DNA from: Paraburkholderia sp.
GTDB taxonomy: Bacteria > Pseudomonadota > Gammaproteobacteria > Burkholderiales > Burkholderiaceae
Direction of reading: 5' to 3'
Assembly (NCBI RefSeq): GCF_035501035.1
Contig: NZ_DATJWR010000325.1
Coordinates: 10,841-74,840 of the forward strand
DNA: 64,000 nt
Shown here: positions 45,940 through 55,267 of the stretch, piece after piece
How positions within the stretch are numbered: the first letter of the stretch is position 1
Layout: each line of letters starts with the position of its first letter
Notes under the pieces: model-generated
Database searches by the model: none
The model's input: the letters and a program-made list of their open reading frames with translations, nothing else
What the model was told of the DNA's origin: nothing
Made by a program: the position numbers and the translations under genes

Positions 45940-47418
45940 TTGGACTACGCGTTGATGATGGCGGCCTATGCGAAGCGCGCCGTGCGCAAGCTCACGCAGC
46001 AGGACCTGCTTTACGAGAGCCTGCGCCGTGCGATTCTCGACGGCGACATCAGCCGCGGCACACGCCTCGCGTCGAGCCGCGCGCTCGCCGAGCAGCTCGG
46101 CATCGCGCGCAATTCGGTGCTCTATGCGTACGAGCGGCTGGTGGAGGAGGGCTTCATCAACGCCACGCGCCACGGGTCGGTCGTCAATGCCGTCAATGCG
46201 GCCGGCGCGGCAAAGCCCGCGCCAACCTCGCCGTGCAACGAACCCGCGCCGGCGCTTTCGCGCCGCGTGCGCGAATTGCCGCAGCGCCGCTCGAGCAATG
46301 ATGGCGCGAGGGCGCTGCGCCCAGGCGTCCCCGCGCTTGACGCGTTTCCGTATGCGCAATGGCGCAGCGCGGTGGAGCGCGCATTGCGCGAGCTGCGCGC
46401 GCACGACCTCGGCTATGGCGACAGCTCAGGCATGCCCGTGCTTCGCCAGGCCATTGCGCAATACGTCCGCGTTTCGCGCGGCGTGCGCTGCCAGGCGGAC
46501 CAGGTGTTCGTCACGGACGGCACGCAATCCAGCCTCGACCTGTGCGCGCGCCTCTTCGCGGACGAGGGCGAGCGCGCGTGGATCGAGAACCCCGGCTACC
46601 TCGGCGCGCGCGTGGCTTTCGCCGCCGCGGGGCTGCAACTCGTGCCGATGAGCGTGGATGCCGCGGGCATGGCGGCACGCCCCGAGGACTGGCGCGAACG
46701 GCCGCCGCGCCTCGTGTATCTCACGCCTTCGCATCAGTATCCGCTCGGCTGCGTGCTGAGCCTCGAACGGCGGCTCGCACTGATCGAGCAGGCGCGAGCA
46801 TGCGGCGCGTGGATCGTCGAGGACGACTACGACAGCGAGCTGCGCCACGACGGCCCGCCGCTGCCCTCGATCCAGGGCCTCGCCGACGACGCACCCGTGA
46901 TCTACCTCGGCACCTTCAGCAAGACGCTGTTTCCGGCCTTGCGCATCGCCTTCATGATCGTGCCTTCGCGTGTGGCGCCGCAGTTCGCGAAGGCGCACCA
47001 CACGCTCATGCGCCAGGGGCGGGTGGCGGAGCAACTGGCGCTGGCGGATTTCATCGAAAGCGGGCGCTATGCGCGCCATTTGCGGCGCATGCGTCGGCTC
47101 TACGAAGAGCGCCGCGATGGCCTCGTCGCGGCAATCGAAAAACATCTGGCCGGCGTGATGACGGTTTCGGCGGACGCAGGCGGCATGCATTTGAGCGTGC
47201 GCCTCGACGCGCCGATCGCCGATGTGGAAGTGAGCGATGCGGCGCGCGCGCACGGCCTGCATCTCTCGCCATTGAGCGCGTATTGTCTCGACGCGCCCGA
47301 CGCGGCGCGCTACAGCGGCTTCCTGCTCGGCTACGCGGAAACGCCGCCGCATGTTGCGGACACGCTCATGCAGACGCTCGCGCGTATCGTGCGCGAGCGT
47401 CTGCCGGCGGCTTACTGA
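45940..47418 (+). CDS. MocR/GabR-family PLP-dependent transcriptional regulator
   Basis: GntR HTH (RLASSRALAEQLGIARNSV), ENPGY, TPSHQYPLG, EDDYDSE, GTFSKTLFPALRI. Confidence 0.94.
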   Translation: MDYALMMAAYAKRAVRKLTQQDLLYESLRRAILDGDISRGTRLASSRALAEQLGIARNSVLYAYERLVEEGFINATRHGSVVNAVNAAGAAKPAPTSPCNEPAPALSRRVRELPQRRSSNDGARALRPGVPALDAFPYAQWRSAVERALRELRAHDLGYGDSSGMPVLRQAIAQYVRVSRGVRCQADQVFVTDGTQSSLDLCARLFADEGERAWIENPGYLGARVAFAAAGLQLVPMSVDAAGMAARPEDWRERPPRLVYLTPSHQYPLGCVLSLERRLALIEQARACGAWIVEDDYDSELRHDGPPLPSIQGLADDAPVIYLGTFSKTLFPALRIAFMIVPSRVAPQFAKAHHTLMRQGRVAEQLALADFIESGRYARHLRRMRRLYEERRDGLVAAIEKHLAGVMTVSADAGGMHLSVRLDAPIADVEVSDAARAHGLHLSPLSAYCLDAPDAARYSGFLLGYAETPPHVADTLMQTLARIVRERLPAAY

Positions 47419-48386
47419 TGCCCGGAGACCGCGTGCGGCAGGTAGGGCGCTTCGAGCGCCTTCACTTCTTCGGCGGTGAGCTTTAGCGAGAGCGCCGCGA
47501 CGGCGTCTTCGAGATGCTGCGGCTTCGAGGCACCGATGATCGGCGAAGTGATCGCCGGCTTTTGCAGCAGCCAGGCGAGCGCGACCTGCGCGCGCGGCAC
47601 ATTGCGGGCGCGGGCGATGGTTGCGACGGCCTCGATGATGGCGCGATCGGCATCGGCGCCGTAGAGCGTCTTGCCGTACGTATCGCTCGCTTCGCGCTCG
47701 CTCGTCTCGTTCCAGTCGCGCGTGAGGCGGCCGCGCGCAAGCGGGCTCCAGGGCATCACGGCAATGCCCTGATCGGCGCACAGCGGCAGCATTTCGCGTT
47801 CTTCCTCGCGATACAGCAGGTTGACGTGATCCTGCATGCTCACGAACTCCGTCCAGCCGTTCAGGCGCGCGGTGTAGATCGCCTTGCTGAACTGCCACGC
47901 GTGCATGGACGAAGCGCCGATATAGCGTGCCTTGCCGGCCTTCACGACGTCGTGCAGCGCTTCCATCGTTTCTTCGATGGGCGTGTTGTAGTCCCAGCGG
48001 TGAATTTGATAGAGATCGACGTAATCCGTGCCGAGGCGTTTCAGGCTATGGTCGATTTCCGTGAGGATGGCCTTGCGCGAGAGGCCCTGACCGTTCGGGC
48101 CGGGCCGCATGCGGTTGTAGACCTTGGTCGCGAGCACGATGTCGTCGCGCTTCACGAAGTCGCGCATCGCCCGCCCGACGATCTCTTCCGAGGTGCCGTC
48201 CGAATAGATGTTCGCGGTATCGAAGAAGTTGATGCCGGCGTCGAGCGCCTGGCGGAGGAGTGGGCGGCTGGCGTCCTCGCCGAGCGTCCACGGGTGCGCG
48301 CCGCGCTCGGGCACCCCATAGGTCATGCAACCGAGGCAAAGACGCGAGACCTGTAGCCCTGTCGAGCCGAACCTGACGTAATCCAT
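47412..48386 (-). CDS. Aldo/keto reductase
   Basis: VSRLCLGCMTYG, GINFFDTANIYS, DYVDLYQIHRWD, PWSPLARG, PIIGASK. Confidence 0.95.
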   Translation of the reverse strand: MDYVRFGSTGLQVSRLCLGCMTYGVPERGAHPWTLGEDASRPLLRQALDAGINFFDTANIYSDGTSEEIVGRAMRDFVKRDDIVLATKVYNRMRPGPNGQGLSRKAILTEIDHSLKRLGTDYVDLYQIHRWDYNTPIEETMEALHDVVKAGKARYIGASSMHAWQFSKAIYTARLNGWTEFVSMQDHVNLLYREEEREMLPLCADQGIAVMPWSPLARGRLTRDWNETSEREASDTYGKTLYGADADRAIIEAVATIARARNVPRAQVALAWLLQKPAITSPIIGASKPQHLEDAVAALSLKLTAEEVKALEAPYLPHAVSGHQ

Positions 48387-48511
48387 TACTGTTGCTCCTG
48401 GCGAAAAGGCGAATGAAGCAGAGAACTTGCGTGCGCGCCGCGCACAGGCGGCGGACCTTCGCAAGCGTATAACAGGCTGCGTATTCGTGCAGGAACGCTC
48501 AATCGCGCCGG

Positions 48512-49321
48512 CTATTTCGATGGCGCACCGGATCGCGCGGGGCGTACGACGCTTTCGAGTTGTTCGCGCACGAGCGCGACGAGCGCGGCGCCGCGCCCGC
48601 GCGGCATCTTCGAAGCCACCGTGACGATACCGATCGCCGCCGTCGCGAAGGAACCCATCGAAAAGCTGACACCCACCCCGCAGAGTCCTTGCGCGGCGAC
48701 CTGCGCGTAACCCAGCTCCCGCGTTTGCCGAACCCAGCGGCGCAAGCGGGCGTCGTCGAGATTGCGGTGACCGTACTCGGTCGCGTGGCGCGCGTAATGG
48801 GCGCTGATTTCTTCGTCGGGAAGTTCGGCAAGCAGCGCAATGCTGGGTATGCCCATGCCGAGCAGCCGCATGCGGTTCTTGTTTCTCGCGAACTCGCGCG
48901 CCGGCGTATCGCCTTCCTCGACGTGAAGGCAATGGCTGTAGTCGCCCGAGCGCACCACCAGAAATACGTGCTCGCCGGTTTGGCGCGCGAGCTGCTTCAT
49001 CAGCGGGTGGCACAGCTCCACGAGCGGGGGCGCCTGCATCGACGCCGTGCCCAACGCCATGCTCTCCACACCGAGGCAATAGAGCTTCGTCTCCTGATTG
49101 CGCGCCGCGAGGCCGGTATCGACCAACGCCGTGGCGATGCGGTAGGTCGTGGTTCGATCAAGCCCGGTCATGTCCGCCATCGTTTGCAGTGACACGCCGC
49201 TCACATGATGTCGCGCAAGTATTCGCAGCAATTGTGTCGCGCGCTCGATGCTCTGCGCGCCGCGCACGGCAGGCTCGCTGCGGGGGGCGCGGGGGCCGCG
49301 GGGACCATGAGAATTGGGCAT
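48512..49321 (-). CDS. IclR-family transcriptional regulator
   Basis: QSIERATQLL, GLDRTTTYRI, TGEHVFLVVRSG, VRQTRELGYA; divergent from the atu-like operon. Confidence 0.88.
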   Translation of the reverse strand: MPNSHGPRGPRAPRSEPAVRGAQSIERATQLLRILARHHVSGVSLQTMADMTGLDRTTTYRIATALVDTGLAARNQETKLYCLGVESMALGTASMQAPPLVELCHPLMKQLARQTGEHVFLVVRSGDYSHCLHVEEGDTPAREFARNKNRMRLLGMGIPSIALLAELPDEEISAHYARHATEYGHRNLDDARLRRWVRQTRELGYAQVAAQGLCGVGVSFSMGSFATAAIGIVTVASKMPRGRGAALVALVREQLESVVRPARSGAPSK

Positions 49322-49391
49322 GGCGGGTTCAGACTTTGCCAGGACGGCTGCGTTGCGGACGCTGGCGAGTATAGCAGTGGGTGAAAACGCT

Positions 49392-49410
49392 ACGTGCACA
49401 TTGTGAACAT
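49392..49410. promoter_or_regulatory. Imperfect 19-bp palindrome, candidate IclR operator
   Basis: ACGTGCACA-T-TGTGAACAT (7 of 9 arm positions pair) in the iclR/atuC divergent gap. Confidence 0.45.
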
Positions 49411-49498
49411 TCGTCGTGTTTGTCGTTGTGCATGCATCGAGTGTCATTTGCAATACGAGCAAGCAACCGGACCCACTGTGCAACGCACTTCCTGAAAT

Positions 49499-51112
49499 AT
49501 GGCCCCTTTCAAATCACGTATCCATGTCCTTTCAGAGGCATACCAGTCGCAGCGCGCGGGCATGCTGGCGCTGGTCGACCAGTTGCGCACGCTCGAGCAG
49601 CGGGCGGCCGACCTCTCCTCGCAGGCCGCGGCCGCTTTTGCGCGGCACGGCGCACTGTTGCCGCGCGAGCGCGTGAGCCGTCTGCTCGATCCGGGCCGTC
49701 CGTTCCTGCCGCTGTGCAATCTTGCCGGATACGGCATGGATGATCCGGACACCGAAGCATGTGTTCCGGGTGGCTCGCAGATTGCCGGCATCGGCTTCGT
49801 GAGCGGTGTGCGCTGCATGGTCGTGGCAACCGATTCGGGTATCGATGCCGGCGCGCTGACCGAGGCAGGGAACCAGAAGCTCATGCGCTGCCAGGAAATC
49901 GCCCTGCAGAACAAGCTGCCTTTCGTTCATCTGGTCGAGTCGGCTGGTTCGAACCTGCGCAAATACCGCGTGGAAAAGTTCATTCGCGGCGGCGGCATGT
50001 TCTACAACCTCGCGCGCCTCTCCGCCGCCGGGTTGCCGGTCATCACCGTGGTTCATGGCTCTTCGACGGCGGGCGGGGCCTACATGCCCGGGCTTTCCGA
50101 CTACGTCGTCATGGTGCGCGGCCGCGCGAAGGCGTTTCTCGCCGGGCCGCCGCTGCTGAAGGCGGCAACGGGCGAGATCGCGAGCGACGAGGCGCTTGGC
50201 GGCACGGACATGCACGCCACGGTGAGTGGCCTTGCCGAATACGTGGCCGAAGACGACGCGCACGCGATCGAAATCGCGCGCGATATCGTCGCGACGCTGC
50301 CGTGGGATCGCGAAGCGCCCGCTGCCGCCGTGCAGGCGCCCGCGTCCGATCCCGACGAACTGGCCGGGGTCATGGTGCTCGAGCATCGCAAGCCGGTGGA
50401 GATGCGGGAAATCATCGCGCGCCTCGTGGACGGTTCGCAATGGATGGACTTCAAGCCGGACTACGGTGCGGCGACCGTGTGCGGTCACGGCAAGATCGAA
50501 GGCCACACCGTGGGCTTCGTGACCAACAACGGTCCGATCGATCCGGCGGGCGCCACCAAGGCCGCGCAGTTCATCCAGTTGTGCAATCAGTCGGGCACGC
50601 CGATCGTGTTCCTGCAGAACACCACGGGTTTCATCGTCGGCCGCGCATCCGAAGAGGCCGGCATGATCAAGCACGGGTCCAAGCTGATCCAGGCGCTTTC
50701 GAATGCAGACGTGCCGCTCTTCACGATCTACTGTGGCGCTTCGTTCGGCGCGGGCAACTATGGCATGTGCGGGCGCGCCTTCGAACCGCGTTTCTGCTTC
50801 TCCTGGCCCAACGCGCGCACGGCGGTGATGGGCGGCGAGCAGGCGGCGACGACGCTCGAGATCGTCGCGCGGCAGCAGGCCGAGCGCAAAGGCAAGCCCC
50901 TCGACGAAGCGCGGCTCGCCGAGCAGAAGGCGGAGATCGTCGCGAACTTCGAGCGCCAGGCCAGCGCTTTCTACACCAGCGGTCACCTGCTCGACGATGG
51001 GGTGATCGATCCGCGCGAGACGCGAGCCGTACTTGCGTTCGTGCTGGCAACCACGCGCGAGGCGAAGCGGCGCGAGCCGAGGCGCGTGCAGTTCGGCGTC
51101 GCGCGCTTCTAA
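49499..51112 (+). CDS. atuC: Acyl-CoA carboxylase carboxyltransferase subunit (geranyl-CoA carboxylase beta-like)
   Basis: LLPRERVSRLLD, HGSSTAGGAYMPG, GPPLLKAATGE, GAGNYGMCGR, DDGVIDPRETR. Confidence 0.85.
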   Translation: MAPFKSRIHVLSEAYQSQRAGMLALVDQLRTLEQRAADLSSQAAAAFARHGALLPRERVSRLLDPGRPFLPLCNLAGYGMDDPDTEACVPGGSQIAGIGFVSGVRCMVVATDSGIDAGALTEAGNQKLMRCQEIALQNKLPFVHLVESAGSNLRKYRVEKFIRGGGMFYNLARLSAAGLPVITVVHGSSTAGGAYMPGLSDYVVMVRGRAKAFLAGPPLLKAATGEIASDEALGGTDMHATVSGLAEYVAEDDAHAIEIARDIVATLPWDREAPAAAVQAPASDPDELAGVMVLEHRKPVEMREIIARLVDGSQWMDFKPDYGAATVCGHGKIEGHTVGFVTNNGPIDPAGATKAAQFIQLCNQSGTPIVFLQNTTGFIVGRASEEAGMIKHGSKLIQALSNADVPLFTIYCGASFGAGNYGMCGRAFEPRFCFSWPNARTAVMGGEQAATTLEIVARQQAERKGKPLDEARLAEQKAEIVANFERQASAFYTSGHLLDDGVIDPRETRAVLAFVLATTREAKRREPRRVQFGVARF

Positions 51113-51153
51113 TTGTCGAGACGGTTGCCAATACAACTAATCAGGAGGCAGAC

Positions 51154-52317
51154 ATGCTGTACACCGGTGAACATCGCGAGATGATGAACAGTATCCGGCG
51201 CTTCATTGCGACCGAAATCGATCCGTTCGTCGACGAATGGGAAGCGGCCGAAGTCTTTCCCGCTCGCGAGCTGTTTCGCAAGATGGGTGCGCTAGGTTAT
51301 CTCGGCATCACCAAGCCGGAAGCCTACGGCGGGTTGGGGCTCGACTTCTCGTTTGCGCTCGCCGCTGCGGAGAGCATGGGCTACTGCCGTGCCCAGGGCG
51401 TGGCGATGGGCGTTGGCGTGCAGAGCAATATGGCGACGCCGGCGCTGGCCGCGTTCGGCTCCGACGCATTGCGCCGCGAGTTCCTGGCACCGGCCATCGC
51501 GGGCGAGATGGTGGCGTCGATTGGCGTGTCCGAGCAGGGGGCGGGCTCGGATGTCGCTTCGCTCAAGACGCGTGCGCGCCGCGACGGCGACGATTACGTG
51601 ATCAGCGGCTCGAAAATGTGGATCACCAACGGCACGCAGGCCGACTGGATCTGTCTGCTGTGCAATACCTCCGAAGGCCCCGTTCATCGCAACAAGTCGC
51701 TCATCGTCGTGCCGTTGAAAGAGGCCGGCAAACGCACGCGCGGCGTGGAAGTCCAGAAGATCCGCAAGTTCGGCATGTGGTCATCCGATACCGCGCAGAT
51801 CTTTTTCGACGAGGTGCGTGTGCCGGTGCGCAATCGCATCGGCGAGGAGGGCATGGGCTTCATCTACCAGATGAAGCAGTTCCAGGAAGAGCGCCTTGAT
51901 GGCGCCGCGCGGCGCCTCGCCGCGCTCTCGCTGATCGAAGATACCGCGAACTATCTGCGTCAACGCCAGGCGTTCGGCAAGCCGCTGCTCGACAACCAGT
52001 TCATCCAGTACAAGCTCGCCGAACTCAAGACCGAACTCGAAGCGCTTCGCGCGCTCGTCTACATGGCCACGCAGACCTATGTGGCAGGCGGTGACGTCGT
52101 GGAGCTGGCGTCGATGGCGAAGCTCAAGGCAGGACGTCTGTCGCGCGAAATCGCCGACTGGTGCATGCAGTTCCAGGGCGGCATGGGCTACACGTGGGAC
52201 AACCCCGTGTCGCGCGCGTACCGCGACTACCGCCTGGGCTCCATTGGTGGCGGGGCCGACGAAGTGATGCTGATGGTCATCGCGCGTCAGATGGGCCTGA
52301 TGAACATGCAAGCATGA
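51154..52317 (+). CDS. atuD: Acyl-CoA dehydrogenase (citronellyl-CoA dehydrogenase-like)
   Basis: SIGVSEQGAGSDV, GSKMWITNG, SDTAQIFFD, FQEER, GSIGGGADEVM; RBS AGGAGG. Confidence 0.85.
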   Translation: MLYTGEHREMMNSIRRFIATEIDPFVDEWEAAEVFPARELFRKMGALGYLGITKPEAYGGLGLDFSFALAAAESMGYCRAQGVAMGVGVQSNMATPALAAFGSDALRREFLAPAIAGEMVASIGVSEQGAGSDVASLKTRARRDGDDYVISGSKMWITNGTQADWICLLCNTSEGPVHRNKSLIVVPLKEAGKRTRGVEVQKIRKFGMWSSDTAQIFFDEVRVPVRNRIGEEGMGFIYQMKQFQEERLDGAARRLAALSLIEDTANYLRQRQAFGKPLLDNQFIQYKLAELKTELEALRALVYMATQTYVAGGDVVELASMAKLKAGRLSREIADWCMQFQGGMGYTWDNPVSRAYRDYRLGSIGGGADEVMLMVIARQMGLMNMQA

Positions 52318-53234
52318 GACAGCCGATGAATTCCGAAATCAAACACGAAAGCGAACGCAAAAACGATGGGAGCACCGATGCGGTGCTCGTGCGGCGGCTT
52401 CGAGACGTCCTGTTCGTCACGTTGGACCGTCCCGACACGCGTAACGCGCTGGCGCCGGAGGTGGTGGCGTGCCTCGATCAAGCCGTGACGCTGGCGGCGC
52501 GCGACGAGTCCGTGCGGGCAGTCGTGCTGCGCGGCAATGGCGGGGTGTTCTGTGCCGGCGGCAGCGTGGGCAGCTTTCAGGCGCGGCTCGATGCCGATGT
52601 TGCCGGCGACGATCCGCTCGCCGCGCGCAACCGCGAATTCGGCCGCTTCATGCAGCGCGTGAGCGCGTTGCCCGTACCGGTGATCGCCGCAGTCGAAGGG
52701 GCGGCGATGGGCGGCGGCATGGGCCTCGCGTGCGCGGCGGACGTTGTGCTCGCAACCGTCGATGCGCGCTTCGCGCTCAGCGAAACGTCGCTCGGGATCA
52801 TTCCCGCGCAGATCGCTCCCTGGGTCGTCGCGCGCCTCGGCGTTCAGGGAGCGAGCCGACTCGGCCTGAGCGGCGAGCGGATCAGCGGCGAAACGGCGCT
52901 GAGGCTGCGCATGGTCGACGAACTGGCCGCTGGCAGCGAAGCGCTCGACGAACTCGTCGCGCAGTGGCTCACACGAATCTGCGCTTGCGCGCCTCACGCA
53001 AACCGCATGCTCAAGCCGCTGGTGCAACGCTGCGGCGACAACACGAGCGAAGCGAACGACGCGCTGCTCGACGAGGCCTCGCTACTGTTCGCAGGTTGCA
53101 TGCGCAACGAAGGTGCGGAGGGCATCGCCGCGTTTCGGGAGAAGCGTCCTTCGGCTTGGAGCCGCCGTTTCACGGCGGATGACGTTCGGCGGGCACGCAC
53201 ACCCGCAACGAGCGAGGAGGAAAACGAGGCATGA
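52314..53234 (+). CDS. atuE: Enoyl-CoA hydratase (isohexenylglutaconyl-CoA hydratase-like)
   Basis: FCAGG, AMGGGMGL, SETSLGIIPAQIAP, EGIAAFREKR; ATGA overlaps on both sides. Confidence 0.8.
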   Translation: MRQPMNSEIKHESERKNDGSTDAVLVRRLRDVLFVTLDRPDTRNALAPEVVACLDQAVTLAARDESVRAVVLRGNGGVFCAGGSVGSFQARLDADVAGDDPLAARNREFGRFMQRVSALPVPVIAAVEGAAMGGGMGLACAADVVLATVDARFALSETSLGIIPAQIAPWVVARLGVQGASRLGLSGERISGETALRLRMVDELAAGSEALDELVAQWLTRICACAPHANRMLKPLVQRCGDNTSEANDALLDEASLLFAGCMRNEGAEGIAAFREKRPSAWSRRFTADDVRRARTPATSEEENEA

Positions 53235-55267
53235 GCATCACGAAGCAAGTCAGGCCGTTTCACACGCTGCTCGTGGCGAACCGGGGAGAAATAGCGATTC
53301 GTGTGATGCGCACCGCGCGACGCATGGGCTATCGCACCGTCGCGGTGTATTCGGATGCGGATCGCGACAGCCCTCACTCCAGTTTCGCGGACTGTGCGGT
53401 GCATATCGGCGGCGCGGCGCCGCGCGAGTCCTACCTGAACATCGACGCGCTGCTCGAAGCGGCTCGCCAGAGCGGTGCCGATGCGATTCACCCAGGCTAC
53501 GGGTTCCTGGCCGAGAACGAAGATTTTGCCGATGCCGTCGACGAGGCCGGTCTCGTCTTCGTCGGTCCCTCTGGCATGGCGATTCGTGAGATGGGCAACA
53601 AGGCGCGCGCGAAGGATCTGATGCGTGCCGCCGATACGCCTTGCATCCCAGGCTACCAGGGTCGCGACCAGAGTCTTGCCGCGCTTGCGCGTGCCGCTGC
53701 GCAGATCGGTTATCCGGTGATGGTGAAGGCCGCGGCAGGAGGCGGCGGACGCGGCATGCGGCTCGTAGGCGACGAAGCGTCGCTCGAACAGGCGCTGAAC
53801 TCGGCGCGGGCGGAGGCCGCGAGCGCGTTCGGCAGCGACGAGCTGATACTCGAGCGCGCCGTGATCGCGCCGCGGCACATCGAAATTCAAGTGCTGGCCG
53901 ACAGCTACGGCAACGTCATTCATCTCGGCGAACGCGACTGTTCGGTGCAGCGGCGCCATCAGAAGGTAATCGAAGAGGCGCCGTCACCCGCCGTCGATGC
54001 GGCGCTGCGCGAACGCATGGGCGACGCGGCCGTGCGCAGCGCGCGCGCGATTGGGTACGTTGGCGTTGGCACACTCGAATTCCTGCTCGATCGCGACGGC
54101 CGTTTCTATTTCATGGAAATGAACACGCGTCTGCAAGTGGAGCACGCGGTGACGGAGGCGGTGGCGGGCATCGATCTGGTCGAATGGCAACTGCGCGTGG
54201 CCGCGGGAGAGCGTTTGACCCTGCAGCAAGAGGACCTACGGCTGAGCGGGCACGCCATCGAAGTGCGCCTGACCGCCGAGGACGTACCGGCAGGCTTCCT
54301 GCCGCAGACCGGCCCGGTGCTGCGCTGGCAGCCGCCGGCGCCGGAGTGCGGCGTGCGTGTCGATCATGGCCTTGCCGAGGGCGGCGCGGTCTCCGCTCAC
54401 TACGATTCGATGGTCGCGAAGCTGATCGCGCACGGCGCGACGCGCGACGAGGCGCGGCGCAAGCTGCGGCATGCCGTGCAGCAATGCGTGCTGCTCGGGT
54501 TGCCCACGAATCAGGGCTTTCTGGCCGACTGTCTTGCCGATCCGGTCTTTGCCGAAGGCAGTGCGGTTCACACGGGCTTCGTGGCGGAGCGATTCGGCGC
54601 GCACCCTGCAGCGCGCGCGCTGCCCGACGGGCGCACGCTCGCCTATGCCGCATTCGCGGCGATCGCGTTGCGCACGCCGCAGCCGCACGACACGCTCTCG
54701 ATTGCGCCGGCGCCGCTCGGGAAGGCGGCGAGTAGCGTGGTACTCGGCAGCGGTGCTGCACGCTGGCAAGCGACGCTGAGCGCGGCTGGACGCGACTGGC
54801 GTGTCTCGCTGCGCAGCGAATGCCCAGAAGTAAGCAATGGTTTGGATGACGAATCGAATCAGTTCATCATGCGCGGTGCGCAATGGGCCGAAGCGGACCG
54901 TGCACGCCTCACTGTCGAATGCGACGGCATGCGCGAGACGGTCACCGTTGCCACGCAGTCCGACACCTTGTATGTATTCCACGCGGGAGAGGCCTGGACC
55001 TTCGAGCAGATCAGCGCGCGCAAGAGCCGGCTCGACGAGGAGGGCGGCGGATCGGTGACGGCGCCGATGACCGGAAGGATCCTTGAACTCGCCGTGCGCG
55101 AAGGCGACCGAGTGGAGGCGGGCCAACGCCTGCTCGCGCTCGAAGCGATGAAGATGGAATACACGCTGGTCGCGCCCATTGGCGGCACGGTTGCCGAAGT
55201 CTGGGCGCAGGCCGGCGGCCAGGCGGACAAGGGCGCGCTGCTGATCCGCATCGAGGCCGCCGCATGA
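53231..55267 (+). CDS. atuF: Biotin carboxylase/BCCP subunit (geranyl-CoA carboxylase alpha-like)
   Basis: ANRGEIA, HPGYGFLAEN, GGGGRGMR, EMNTRLQVEH, biotin site EAMKM. Confidence 0.87.
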   Translation: MSITKQVRPFHTLLVANRGEIAIRVMRTARRMGYRTVAVYSDADRDSPHSSFADCAVHIGGAAPRESYLNIDALLEAARQSGADAIHPGYGFLAENEDFADAVDEAGLVFVGPSGMAIREMGNKARAKDLMRAADTPCIPGYQGRDQSLAALARAAAQIGYPVMVKAAAGGGGRGMRLVGDEASLEQALNSARAEAASAFGSDELILERAVIAPRHIEIQVLADSYGNVIHLGERDCSVQRRHQKVIEEAPSPAVDAALRERMGDAAVRSARAIGYVGVGTLEFLLDRDGRFYFMEMNTRLQVEHAVTEAVAGIDLVEWQLRVAAGERLTLQQEDLRLSGHAIEVRLTAEDVPAGFLPQTGPVLRWQPPAPECGVRVDHGLAEGGAVSAHYDSMVAKLIAHGATRDEARRKLRHAVQQCVLLGLPTNQGFLADCLADPVFAEGSAVHTGFVAERFGAHPAARALPDGRTLAYAAFAAIALRTPQPHDTLSIAPAPLGKAASSVVLGSGAARWQATLSAAGRDWRVSLRSECPEVSNGLDDESNQFIMRGAQWAEADRARLTVECDGMRETVTVATQSDTLYVFHAGEAWTFEQISARKSRLDEEGGGSVTAPMTGRILELAVREGDRVEAGQRLLALEAMKMEYTLVAPIGGTVAEVWAQAGGQADKGALLIRIEAAA

